Below are positions 1 to 9,200 of a stretch of 64,000 nt of DNA, piece by piece. Origin of the DNA: a candidate division WOR-3 bacterium (lineage in GTDB: Bacteria; Hydrothermota; Tepidihabitantia; Tepidihabitantales; Tepidihabitantaceae); contig CBFGIT010000010.1 of NCBI GenBank assembly GCA_965648905.1, positions 1-64,000 on the forward strand, in the 5' to 3' direction. The notes beneath the pieces are model-generated. The model was not told the origin of the DNA, did not search any database, and saw only the letters and a program-made list of their open reading frames with translations. A program made the position numbers and the translations under genes. The first letter of the stretch is position 1; each line of letters opens with the position of its first letter.

Positions 1-520
1 CATCGTGGCCAAACTGCCGCGGGACGCAGCGCCGGAGGTGCTTGCCGACATCTACACGATCCGGGACGCGGCGACCTATGAACAGGGCGAGGCGCGGCTG
101 CGGGAAGTGCTGGCGCAGTACCGGGAGCTCTATCCGAGTGCGATGGCCTGTCTGGCCGACGATGGCGAGGCGTCATTGAACCACCTGAAGCTGCCGGTGC
201 GACTGCGGCCGCTGGTGCGCTCGACGAATCTACTGGAGCGGACCTTTGAAGAAGGCCGGCGTCGGACCAAGGTGATACCGCGGTTCTTTGCCGAGAAGCC
301 CTGCTTGAAGCTGGTGTTTGCGGCACTGATCCGAGCCTGTGAGAAGTGGGCGTGGGTGAAATTCAGCTTGGCCGAGCTCGAGCAGTTGGACACGCTGGGC
401 CGGACGCTGGGGCTCGCCGTGGAATCGAAGACAGAGCCCAGCCCTCAGACAACCGGTCAGAAACCCGCTGCCTGAGATGGCATTTTACAGGAGATTCCGG
501 ACTTGACCCTGTTTTTCAGG
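1..520 (+). mobile_element. IS256-family (mutator-type) insertion sequence, 3' portion only; left part lies outside the window
   Basis: ORF 5..475 encodes the C-terminal 156 aa of a transposase with the STNLLERTFEEGRRRTKVIPRFF region typical of IS256/Transposase_mut family; truncated by window edge. Confidence 0.65.
5..475 (+). CDS. IS256 family transposase, C-terminal fragment (5' end outside window)
   Basis: Translation matches conserved C-terminal region of IS256-type transposases (NLLERxxxExxRRT..IPRFF). Confidence 0.7.
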   Translation: MAKLPRDAAPEVLADIYTIRDAATYEQGEARLREVLAQYRELYPSAMACLADDGEASLNHLKLPVRLRPLVRSTNLLERTFEEGRRRTKVIPRFFAEKPCLKLVFAALIRACEKWAWVKFSLAELEQLDTLGRTLGLAVESKTEPSPQTTGQKPAA

Positions 521-534
521 CGGTCTTCAAGCCG

Positions 535-830
535 CCGGCGGGACTGGGAGGCCGACCGGTAGCCCGACCGGTAGCAGGGCCGGTGAGCGGAGCGCGGGCC
601 GGATTGGTGGCCGGATTCCTGACCCCAGTGTTGCCAGGACTGGTCGTAGAATTGGTGCGTGGTCTGGTCGCAGGATTGTTGCGGAGATTGGTCGCAGGAT
701 TGGTACGGGGGCTGGTCCCAGGGTTGTTGCACAGACTGTTCGCAGGATTGGTACGCGAACCGGTCGCAGGGTTGGTCCGGGAACTGGTGGCAGGACCGGT
801 AGCAGGACCGGAGGGCCCAGGGGGCCGGGA
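535..830. repeat. Degenerate tandem repeat array, about 9-12 copies of a 24-bp unit (consensus about ggtcgcaggattggtacgnnnnct)
   Basis: Direct reading: ggtcgcaggattgttgcggagatt / ggtcgcaggattggtacgggggct / ggtcccagggttgttgcacagact / gttcgcaggattggtacgcgaacc / ggtcgcagggttggtccgggaact ...; minus-strand translation gives reiterated NPATxxRT octapeptides. Confidence 0.7.
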
Positions 831-1270
831 TTTTGGGTGGGTGAAGAAAGGGTGCAACGTTTTGGGCTGTTCTTGCAGACTAGGTATAGGAGCACAAGGG
901 AACAGGCATGCACGACTCATCCGCAACCGCCTTTCTGGCCGAGGTCCGAACCAGCCGAAAGCCGGTGTGCAGTCGCTACGCTTCGCCCGCGGCCCTGCAG
1001 GCGGGGCTTGAGCGAGTGGTCCGATGATGATGAACCGGATGGGCGTGACCCGCCGGGTGGAGGCAGAAGACAGAATGCTGAATGCAGAGTGTAAGACAGC
1101 GGACAGCGGCAGGCGGACCGTGGTGCCTGGAACGGTCGAGCGCTTGACTGAGCGGTTGATGCTGGTAGACTGCTGAGTCAGCGCAGGACGCGCCAGTCAG
1201 AGTTCAGAATGCAAAGGCCAGAGGTCAAGACCACGAACGGCGAGCGAGAGATGTTCTCGAACAGTCGCAG

Positions 1271-2611
1271 ATGAGCATGAACCGGTCGACACGAGCAGCG
1301 CAGGACGCAGCATCCGGGCATGACCTGCGTTATGATAACGGCGCAGCACTCGTCGTGCTGGAGCTGCTGTTTCTGCTGCTCGTCATCGCTTTGCTCAGGT
1401 CGTGGCTCGTTCCGGGCTCGATTTCGGTCACGTCGGTTGTGGCGGTCTGGGGAATCATGGCGACCGCGAGTTATCTGGTCGGCGAGTTCGAGTCGAACGC
1501 CCGGGCCAATTTCGGTCTGACCGTGCGGACTCAGGCCGCGTTCGGCATGAGCTATGCCGGGTACGGCATCCTGCGGGCGCTGTGGCCCTGGTGCGAGCCG
1601 ATGACGATTCGGTTCTGGCTCGTGCTCTGGCTCTATCTGAGCGCGGCCGCGCCGTTCATCGGGCTGCTGCTGCGGTTCCTGATTCGCCAGCGGGTGCTGC
1701 TTGTCGCCGACCCGCACCAGCGGCGGCTCGGTCTGCTGCGCTGGTGGGGGTTCGAGTGCGTCGAGACGATCCTCTTGGAGGAGCTGGAAGAGTGGCTCAG
1801 GGCCAATTCCGACGACCGGGGACACGTGGCGCGATACAGCATGGTCGTGGTCGACACGAGCGACCCGCGGACCGAGCATGTCGTCGCCGGGCTTTCTGAG
1901 AAGTACTTTCTCGACTTCATCGGGATACCGTCATTCCGGATGGTGAGCTACCTGTTCGGTCCGCATCCGCGTCTGGTTGCATCTTATTCGCTGAACGGTA
2001 TGGCCCGGCGTCTGAAGCGTATCGTCGACCTGGTTGTCTCGGGCCTCGCGCTGGTCGTGCTTGGGCCGCTGCTGCTGGTCGTCGCCCTGGTCATCAAGCT
2101 CGACAGCCCGGGACCGGTGTTCTACCGGCACCGGAGGCTGGGCCGAAACATGAGGCCCTTCAATCTACTGAAGTTCCGCACCATGCACCGTGATGCTGCC
2201 GAGCGGCTCAAGGAGCTGCTCGCCTCGAACCCGGAGCTGGCGCGGGAGTATGAGGCGACGTTCAAGCTGAAGAATGACCCCAGGGTGACGCGGGTCGGGA
2301 AAGTACTTAGAAGACTGAGCATCGACGAACTGCCCCAGTTCTTCAACATCCTGGTCGGCGAGATGAGTTTTGTCGGCCCCCGGCCGATCGTCGATGACGA
2401 GGTGAAGTACTATCGGAATTTCTCGCTGCTGCTGTTCCGGGTGCGACCCGGGGCGACCGGGCTGTGGCAGGTGTCCGGTCGGTCGGACACGACGTACGAG
2501 AGCCGGGTCCGGCTTGATACGCGTTACGTTCAGGAGTGGACCTTCTGGGATGACCTGCGGATCATCGTTCGGACACTGCCGGCAGTGCTGGCGCGTCGCG
2601 GAGCCTACTAG
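1271..2611 (+). CDS. Polyprenyl-phosphate glycosyl-1-phosphate transferase (WbaP/ExoY-type priming bacterial sugar transferase for EPS/O-antigen)
   Basis: N-terminal multi-TM region plus C-terminal bacterial sugar transferase domain (KRIVDLVVSGLALVVLGPLLLVVALVIKLDSPGPVFYRHRRLG...FNLLKFRTM...DELPQFFNILVGEMSFVGPRP). Confidence 0.85.
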   Translation: MSMNRSTRAAQDAASGHDLRYDNGAALVVLELLFLLLVIALLRSWLVPGSISVTSVVAVWGIMATASYLVGEFESNARANFGLTVRTQAAFGMSYAGYGILRALWPWCEPMTIRFWLVLWLYLSAAAPFIGLLLRFLIRQRVLLVADPHQRRLGLLRWWGFECVETILLEELEEWLRANSDDRGHVARYSMVVVDTSDPRTEHVVAGLSEKYFLDFIGIPSFRMVSYLFGPHPRLVASYSLNGMARRLKRIVDLVVSGLALVVLGPLLLVVALVIKLDSPGPVFYRHRRLGRNMRPFNLLKFRTMHRDAAERLKELLASNPELAREYEATFKLKNDPRVTRVGKVLRRLSIDELPQFFNILVGEMSFVGPRPIVDDEVKYYRNFSLLLFRVRPGATGLWQVSGRSDTTYESRVRLDTRYVQEWTFWDDLRIIVRTLPAVLARRGAY

Positions 2612-2631
2612 CGGATACAAGGAGTGCAAGG

Positions 2632-3543
2632 ATGATTGTCGAGAAGGGTGATGTTGCCGCGGTGCGGCTGGCCGAGGTGCACGGGATGTTCCCGACCGAA
2701 GGCGAGCTGGCCGCAGTCGGACTCGGCGCCGCTGAGTTCCGAGAGCGGCTGGGACGGCTGGTGAGCGCGGGCGTTGTCAAGGGCGTGCGGGCGACCGTCT
2801 GCGTGCCGCCGCTGCTGGGCGGCGACTGGGTGTGGGCGATGGTGACCGGCACGAGCCCGCGGTCCCTGGGAGTGGCGAACGCGCTGGCGGCGAAGCTGCC
2901 GTTCGTGACCGAGGTGGTGCTGAACAGCGGCGTGCCTGAGGGGCTGGGACCGAACCTGGCCGTGCTGTTCTATTCGCGGGACTTTGAGAGCGAGGCCCGG
3001 TTCATTCAGAGCATGCCCGGGCTCGAGTATCGTGAGGTGCAGCGGGTAGCGGGGTACTCTTTCCCGATGGCGATGAAGCTCTCCCCGGATGAGCAGGAGC
3101 TGGTTCGGTTTCTCGTGCACCATCCGGGCGCGGATGCGGCCACGCTCGCGGCCGGTCTGGGAAAGGAAGAGCGCTGGGTGCGGGCCAAGCTGGAGCGGCT
3201 GGTCTGGCGGGAAGAGAACCGGTGCGGCGTGTTGCGGTTCCAGGTCGAGGTGGGCTGGGCAATGGTCGACAATTTCGGCCACTACCACTTTCTGCTCGAA
3301 ACCGGGCACCGACCCGAGCAGTTGAAGCGGCTGGTCGGCGAAGAGGGATTCGAGCTGGTGCTGGGCGGGGCGTTGTACCGGGGTCGGTATGTGCAGGTTG
3401 AGGCTGATGTCTGGGGCATGGGGCGGTTGATGGATGCAGTTGCGTTTCTTGAGCAGATTGAGGGAATCAAGGTGGCCGGTATCGTCTGGAACCGGGAGGT
3501 GGTGGCGTACAATCGGTGGGTGGCGGGGTTGTTAGGCGGGTGA
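2632..3543 (+). CDS. Hypothetical protein with two HTH-like segments, possibly a tandem Lrp/AsnC-like (NirDL/AhbAB-like) regulator
   Basis: Two HTH-like segments (e.g. LSPDEQELVRFLVHHPGADAATLAAGLGKEERWVRAKLERLV) each followed by about 80-aa domains; coding-like codon usage; assignment weak. Confidence 0.4.
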   Translation: MIVEKGDVAAVRLAEVHGMFPTEGELAAVGLGAAEFRERLGRLVSAGVVKGVRATVCVPPLLGGDWVWAMVTGTSPRSLGVANALAAKLPFVTEVVLNSGVPEGLGPNLAVLFYSRDFESEARFIQSMPGLEYREVQRVAGYSFPMAMKLSPDEQELVRFLVHHPGADAATLAAGLGKEERWVRAKLERLVWREENRCGVLRFQVEVGWAMVDNFGHYHFLLETGHRPEQLKRLVGEEGFELVLGGALYRGRYVQVEADVWGMGRLMDAVAFLEQIEGIKVAGIVWNREVVAYNRWVAGLLGG

Positions 3544-3628
3544 AAGCGGAAGGCAGAATGCAGAGTGCCGAGTGCAGAATCCAGAACGGCGATGAGGCGG
3601 ATAGCGGAGAACGCGGGGCGAGAGAGTA

Positions 3629-4792
3629 ATGGAACTGGTGTTGTGTCTTCTGTTGCTGAGTGCAGAGCCGAAGACCGAGACCGGGTCAGGAGAGGACACG
3701 GTCTCAGTCGGAGAGCAGATTCGACAGAGCGAGGCAAGACTGGAGCAGACCCGGCAGGAGTTGACGAAGGTGCGGGCCGAACTGGAAAAGCTGGGAGGGC
3801 AGGAGGCCGCGGTGCTGGCCAAGGTGAGTTCTTATGAGCAGGAGATTGGTCTGGTTCGGCGGTACCTGAGGGAGCTGGCCGTTCAATCACGGACTCGGAC
3901 TGCCCAGGTCGCCACGCTTGCGACCGAGGCGCAGGGGCTGGCCGGTGAGATAGACGCGCGGCGTCGGGTGCTGGGTCGGCGGTTGGTGGCGATGTACAAG
4001 TACGGCCGGACCCTGCCGTTGGAGGCGTTGCTTTCGACCAGGAGTCTGCCCGAGGTGTATCGGCGGATGACGTATCTGCGTTGGTTCGTGCGTCAGGATG
4101 AGCAACTGGCGCGCGAGCTCGGACGGCTGGCCGAAGAACTGGAGAAGAAGCAGGTCGAGGTGACGGAAGCACGGGAGGAACTGGTCCGACTGGAGGAGGA
4201 GCAGCGGCAGCAGGAGGGCGTGCTGGAGACGGCCCGCCTGCGCGCGGCGGCGCTGCTCAAGGAGGTGAGAGCTCAGAAGTCCGAGCGCGAGCGGCTGGCC
4301 GCAGAGCTGGAGCGGTCGGCACAGGAGCTGAGGGCGCTGCTCGGCGAGCTGGAACGACGGCGCGAGCAGGCGCGGGTGCCGGCGGGTCAGCATCCTTTTG
4401 AGCTGAACAAGGGACGGTTGCCCTGGCCATTGGCCGGCCGGGTCGTGTGCGGATTTGGCGCAAAGGTGCATCCGCGCTACGGGACGCGGACGACGAGTCT
4501 CGGGATTGACATCGGTCCTGGGGCCGGGGCCGGAGCGGGTGTCGGGGTTGGCTCAATCGGGGTCGGTCGGGTGGTCTATGCTGACCAGTTCATGGGCTAC
4601 GGGAATCTGGTCATCGTTGACCATGATGGCGGTTTCTTCACTCTGTACGCCAATCTGAGCGAGATGATAGTGAAAGTTGGCGACGGGGTTGTGCCGGGGA
4701 CGGTGGTCGGGAAAGTTGATGACTATCTGCATTTTGAGCTGCGGCGTGATGGCAAGCCGCTGGACCCGGTTCCCTGGCTGGCACGGCGATGA
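3629..4792 (+). CDS. M23 family metallopeptidase with long N-terminal coiled coil (EnvC/NlpD-like murein hydrolase activator)
   Basis: Coiled-coil region rich in E/L/R/A then C-terminal M23 domain (GIDIG...GYGNLVIVDHDGGFFTLYANLS...HFELRRDGKPLDP). Confidence 0.8.
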   Translation: MELVLCLLLLSAEPKTETGSGEDTVSVGEQIRQSEARLEQTRQELTKVRAELEKLGGQEAAVLAKVSSYEQEIGLVRRYLRELAVQSRTRTAQVATLATEAQGLAGEIDARRRVLGRRLVAMYKYGRTLPLEALLSTRSLPEVYRRMTYLRWFVRQDEQLARELGRLAEELEKKQVEVTEAREELVRLEEEQRQQEGVLETARLRAAALLKEVRAQKSERERLAAELERSAQELRALLGELERRREQARVPAGQHPFELNKGRLPWPLAGRVVCGFGAKVHPRYGTRTTSLGIDIGPGAGAGAGVGVGSIGVGRVVYADQFMGYGNLVIVDHDGGFFTLYANLSEMIVKVGDGVVPGTVVGKVDDYLHFELRRDGKPLDPVPWLARR

Positions 4793-5937
4793 AAGAGAGC
4801 CGAGCCGGCGTTAGAACAGGGCAGAGCGCGGGTGGTGCCGGGCTGGTCGGGCAGGAACATGCGCTCGGCGTGCTTGAGTCGTATCTGGTGCGGGAGCAGG
4901 TGCCGGCGTTATTGTTTGTCGGTCTGCCCGGTGTGGGCAAGCGGACGGCCGGGATTGGATTTGCTCAGGCCTTGAACTGCACAGCCCGGGTGCAGTCGTG
5001 GGGATGCGGCCAGTGCCGTTCGTGTCGGACGATCGCGCTGCTGCGCCATCCGGACGTGAAGGTGGTATTTCCGGTCGGGGCGCGGCGGTACCGCCCGGAA
5101 CAGGATGACATGACCGATGACGCCGTTGCTGCGACCCTTGACCGTTACGGCGAGTACGCACTGGGACAGGCCCAGCCGGCGCTCGACCCGAAGCATCGAA
5201 TCCGCATCGAGCTGGTCCGATGGCTGCGAGCCGAGATGGCCCGTCCGGCCGTGCTCGCCCGCCGGCGCGTGGTGCTGATACTTTCGGCCCACCGGATGAC
5301 CGATGAGGCGGCCAATGCCCTGCTCAAGACACTGGAAGAACCGCACGAGCAGACGGCGTTCATCTTGACGTCGGATGTGCCGAGTGCTCTGCCCGATACG
5401 ATTCGTTCACGCTGTCGCACGGTGAGATTCGCGGCGCTTTCGTCCCAGACCATTGCCGGGTGGCTGGAGCGGCACCACTCGTGCCCACCCGACCAGGCAC
5501 AGGCAGCCGCGGCAGTGGCCCAGGGCTCGATGGCTCGCGCTCTGCGCTACATCGCAGAACCGGCCGAGCTGTTGCCCGAGCCGGTCCTTTCTTTTCTCTC
5601 AAAGCCCGGAACTGAGGCCGCGCTGCTTGCGGCCGTGGCAGAGCTGACCAACATGTCCCAGTCGTCGCTGACCGACGTCTTGCTAACGGTCTTCCGTGAG
5701 ATGTTGCGGTCTCGACTGGGCTTTGACTCATTGCTGCTCCGGCAGAATCCGGACCTGGCCGCGCGCGCCGGCCGGTCCGAGCCTGACTATCTCAGACGGG
5801 CGGTCAAGTACCTGCTCGAGCGCGACGAGGAATCCTCGCTCTACACCAACCCCCGACTGGCGACCTACACCCTGTTGACTGCGCTGCGGTTCCCGCAAGC
5901 GGCGGCTACGGCTCGCCGACCGTCACGAGGTCCCTAA
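4789..5937 (+). CDS. holB: DNA polymerase III delta prime subunit
   Basis: AAA+ Walker A-like GLPGVGKRT, zinc module CGQCRSCR, SRC motif region (TIRSRCRTVRF); ATGA overlap with upstream gene. Confidence 0.8.
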   Translation: MKESRAGVRTGQSAGGAGLVGQEHALGVLESYLVREQVPALLFVGLPGVGKRTAGIGFAQALNCTARVQSWGCGQCRSCRTIALLRHPDVKVVFPVGARRYRPEQDDMTDDAVAATLDRYGEYALGQAQPALDPKHRIRIELVRWLRAEMARPAVLARRRVVLILSAHRMTDEAANALLKTLEEPHEQTAFILTSDVPSALPDTIRSRCRTVRFAALSSQTIAGWLERHHSCPPDQAQAAAAVAQGSMARALRYIAEPAELLPEPVLSFLSKPGTEAALLAAVAELTNMSQSSLTDVLLTVFREMLRSRLGFDSLLLRQNPDLAARAGRSEPDYLRRAVKYLLERDEESSLYTNPRLATYTLLTALRFPQAAATARRPSRGP

Positions 5938-6280
5938 GCGCGGCCAGGCGCTTGGGCCCGATGCCCGGTACCCGGCGCAGTTCGTTCAGACTGCCGAACC
6001 GACCGTGCTGTTCCCGATACTCGACAATCCGCTGCGCCAGCTTGGGTCCGATGCCGGGAAGTGCTTCCAGTTCGTTGGTACTGGCGTGGTTGAGGTTGAG
6101 CGGCATATGGATTGAGTCGCGGACCGAAGGCAGGGGAGCAGGCTGGCGAGTTTCCAGCGCGGGCCGGCTGCGTACAAGCCGGGCATGGCGGAGCTGGCTC
6201 ACGCCGGCTCCGACCAGGAACGTTGCGGTCAGGAATACCAGGACCACGACTTCGCGCCGGGACAGGCCCAGTTGCCGCAT
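5906..6280 (-). CDS. comEA: ComEA family helix-hairpin-helix DNA-binding protein
   Basis: N-terminal TM segment then tandem HhH motifs (NHASTNELEALPGIGPKLAQRIVEYREQHGRFGSLNELRRVPGIGPKRL). Confidence 0.8.
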   Translation of the reverse strand: MRQLGLSRREVVVLVFLTATFLVGAGVSQLRHARLVRSRPALETRQPAPLPSVRDSIHMPLNLNHASTNELEALPGIGPKLAQRIVEYREQHGRFGSLNELRRVPGIGPKRLAALRDLVTVGEP

Positions 6281-6291
6281 AACCTTGTCGG

Positions 6292-9200
6292 CTAGAACCG
6301 GAACAGAACCCAGACGTCCAGGTTGGCGCTCTCGGTTGTCGTCGGACTGAGCCCACGACTGCGGCTGTAGCCGGTGTTCAGCCCGGCTTCGATGCTGCGC
6401 GAGAAGCGGTATGAGGCAGCAAGCGTGGTGCCGAACGAGTTGTCACGTTGCAGGTCGGTCGTTCGACCCGGGCCGGTTGCGTCCCATGGGGTCTGGGCGC
6501 GCGTGGACTGGGAGAAACGGAGGGTCCAGGTCAGGGTCAGGTCTGACGAGAAACGGAGCCGGCGCAGGAACGGCAGTTTGACTCCCTGGGGCGCGGCAAA
6601 GGCATACGACAGACTTAAGTCGGCCGAGCGACTCTGCCCATCGGTGACGCTTCGGACCAAGCCGTCTTCACTCAGGTAGTTGACGCCGCGCGAGAAAGTG
6701 TAGTTCGCGGCCAGGGTAGTGGTGATGCGCCGTTTCCAAGTGGTCTGCCAGGAGAGCAGCGGCGAGAATTCATTGTTGGCGTTCGCGTTTCGGCCGAAGG
6801 TTCCGAGCCGTTCACCAGCGCTGTCACGCAGGAGCTCACCGGTCAGGGTCGAACGGCGGCGGAATCGGCTTGAGAGCCGGGAGTCGGTAGCGTAGTTCTT
6901 GAAGATGGTGTGGACGCGCGTCAGGCTCAGGTCGAGGTCAGGCCAGGTTATGTTCCGGTCGTAGGCAGCAGAACTGACCGCGCTGTTGTAGGTTCGACCG
7001 TCGGCCCAGTCGTAGCCGACCCGGACCGTCAGTTCTTTGACCCGTGCTCCGGACGAGAGACGGAGGGTCCGGTCCCGGTCGCGGACTGCGCTGGTCGGGA
7101 GCCGCGTCGAATCGCGCTTGAAGGTGAAGACGTCGGTGAACCCAAGTCGGTAGTACCAGGGTGAGACATCGTAGACCGAAACGAGATTGGAGGAGCGCGA
7201 AAACGAGTAGCTGAAGTCGACCGGTTCGATGATGCGACTGAGCGCACCCAGGTTGAGCCTGAGTCCGGGCCGGGGTGGAGGTTGTGCGGTTGTGTCCGAA
7301 CCGGCTGAGTCCCGGGTCGTTGGACCGCGGCGGCTCGGTCGGCGCGGGGGCCGGGTCGGGTCGCGGTCGAATCGGCCAAGCAACTCGGGCAGGTCAAGGT
7401 TGACCGAGACGTCGATGTCGCCGGAGTTGTTCATGTTGCGGACGTCAGCATAGTCCGTCCCCTGTTTGGGCCGCTCGTCCGAGTAGTCGCCGGAGAAGTC
7501 GATTGAGGGCGAGAGCCAGTCACCCAGGTCGATGGAGTAGCCGGCATTGAAGCTGTGGTCGCGGCCGGACTCGTTGCCGAGCGCAAGGAAGAGGACGGTG
7601 TCGGGGCGGGCGACGAGAAGGTCCCGTTCGGTGTTGACCGAATAGTCGAAGTTGAGGTCGTCGAGCGGTGAGTATTCGATGCCTAAGTCGGTCGACAGTC
7701 CGTTGCCACGCAAAGTGTCGACCCTCATGGTGCTGTCCGGGTTGAGGCGTGAGCCACGGAAGTCGTTGCGTCGGGCGTTGGCGACGGCCAGTCGGATGCT
7801 CTGCGGGAAGTAGGAGAGTTCCTCTTCTCGGCCGACACGGAACTTGAGGTCGGGTGAGATGGCATATGACCAGGCTGCCGTGCTGGCCCAGGATGAGTCC
7901 TGGGCAAGGGCAGAGCGGGAGCGGGAGCGGCGCTGGCGCCACGAGGCTCCCATCGCTTCAAGAGTGTAGTTGAGCAGTCTGTTGTTCGAGCGGTTCTTGC
8001 GGATGTTGTCGAGCGCGATGTCCTCGCTGCGGCCGGCCGAAGCAGGGGCGGTGCCGCGCCCGATCCTGAGGTCAGGGTAGACCGGGTCGAACTTGGGCGA
8101 CTCGCGTTGCTCAGCAACCGAGTACGAGAGGGGCAGATTGAGGCCCCAGCCATAGGGGAGGAGTCTGTCGAGATTGGCGCGGAACCCAAGCCCGTTGCTG
8201 GTGCCGAAGCCGCCGGCTTTGACGCCGCGACCTTCACTGAACCGGCGGAAGTTGGGGTCGGAGTACCCGAAGTTGAGGCCGATGGTGGCGAAGTCGGACA
8301 GAACGAGGTTGGTCCGGGCCTGGATACCGTAGCCCGGCTCCTTGCGTGGAGCAGTCAGGCGCAAGTCGTTGAACCAGATGCCGCCGGCTGGGAGCTTGCG
8401 GTCGGAGTGGTTTTCAATGCCGAGCGCGGTGTAGCGGACGTCGGCCAGTGATGGCCGGCCGAGGACCGTGTACGGCCCTGATGTCCAGGCGGTGTCCGGC
8501 GTGGTGGCTGAGTCGCGGCGGAGCTTGAGCAACGGCAGCGAGTCGAGAGGGATGATGAACTCGTACCACCGGCCGTCGCGACCGGGCACAAGCTGGCCCG
8601 AGGTGACCGGGGCGGAGTACTGGTAGTAGTTGGCTGAGTCCGAGCCGAGACGGAGGAGGAAGTTGAGTCCGGCACCGTCATCGTGGACGTAGATTCGGAG
8701 GGTCGCGTAGTCACGGTAGTCTTCGCGCTCGGGGGCGAGCTTGGATGCAACCGCCCGGCGCCGGGCATGGAGGTTGCGGTAGCCCATGAGCATGGCGGCC
8801 TCCTGTTCAAGTTGTCCTTGGGCGTTGCTCTTCAGCTCGAAGGGCGAGTTGTAGGCGGTGTCGGTACGCCGGGAAATCTGGGTGACCCAGACTTTCTCCG
8901 CGGTGTCGGCCGGGATTGTGTTGGTGTCACGGAGCATGGCGATGACCGGAGTGGTCCAACGGGAACCGGTAAACTCGATTGAGTACAGGTCGAGGGTCTC
9001 GATGGTGGTGAAATTGTCAAGCCAGATACGGAAAAGCCGGATGTCCTCCCATCTGGGCTTGCCGACCGTCCGAAGGAGTGAGGTGTCCTTGAGCGGGATG
9101 CGGAGGAGCTGCCAGTTGTTGTAGAGGGGCGAGAGGTGATGCGAGTCGCCGAGCGAGACTGAGGTCTCGAAATAGTGGTTGTACATCGAGAAGCCGTTGC

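Noticed and set aside
535-830. Possible CRISPR array
   Set aside because: The units are contiguous 24-bp degenerate direct repeats without unique spacers or a leader; this is a mini-satellite, not a CRISPR
516-926. 136-aa and 128-aa minus-strand ORFs (Pro/Thr-rich)
   Set aside because: They are just translations of the tandem repeat; no start context or signal peptide; the low-complexity product is unlikely to be real
3282-4172. 296-aa minus-strand ORF overlapping the M23 peptidase and upstream gene (plus similar shadows at 17012..17827, 35824..37281, 38961..39989, 51494..52510, 8832..9455, 24354..25139)
   Set aside because: These are long antisense or alternative-frame ORFs typical of high-GC DNA. 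Products are Arg/Pro/Ser/Ala-rich low-complexity, and the opposite strand or frame carries well-supported conserved genes
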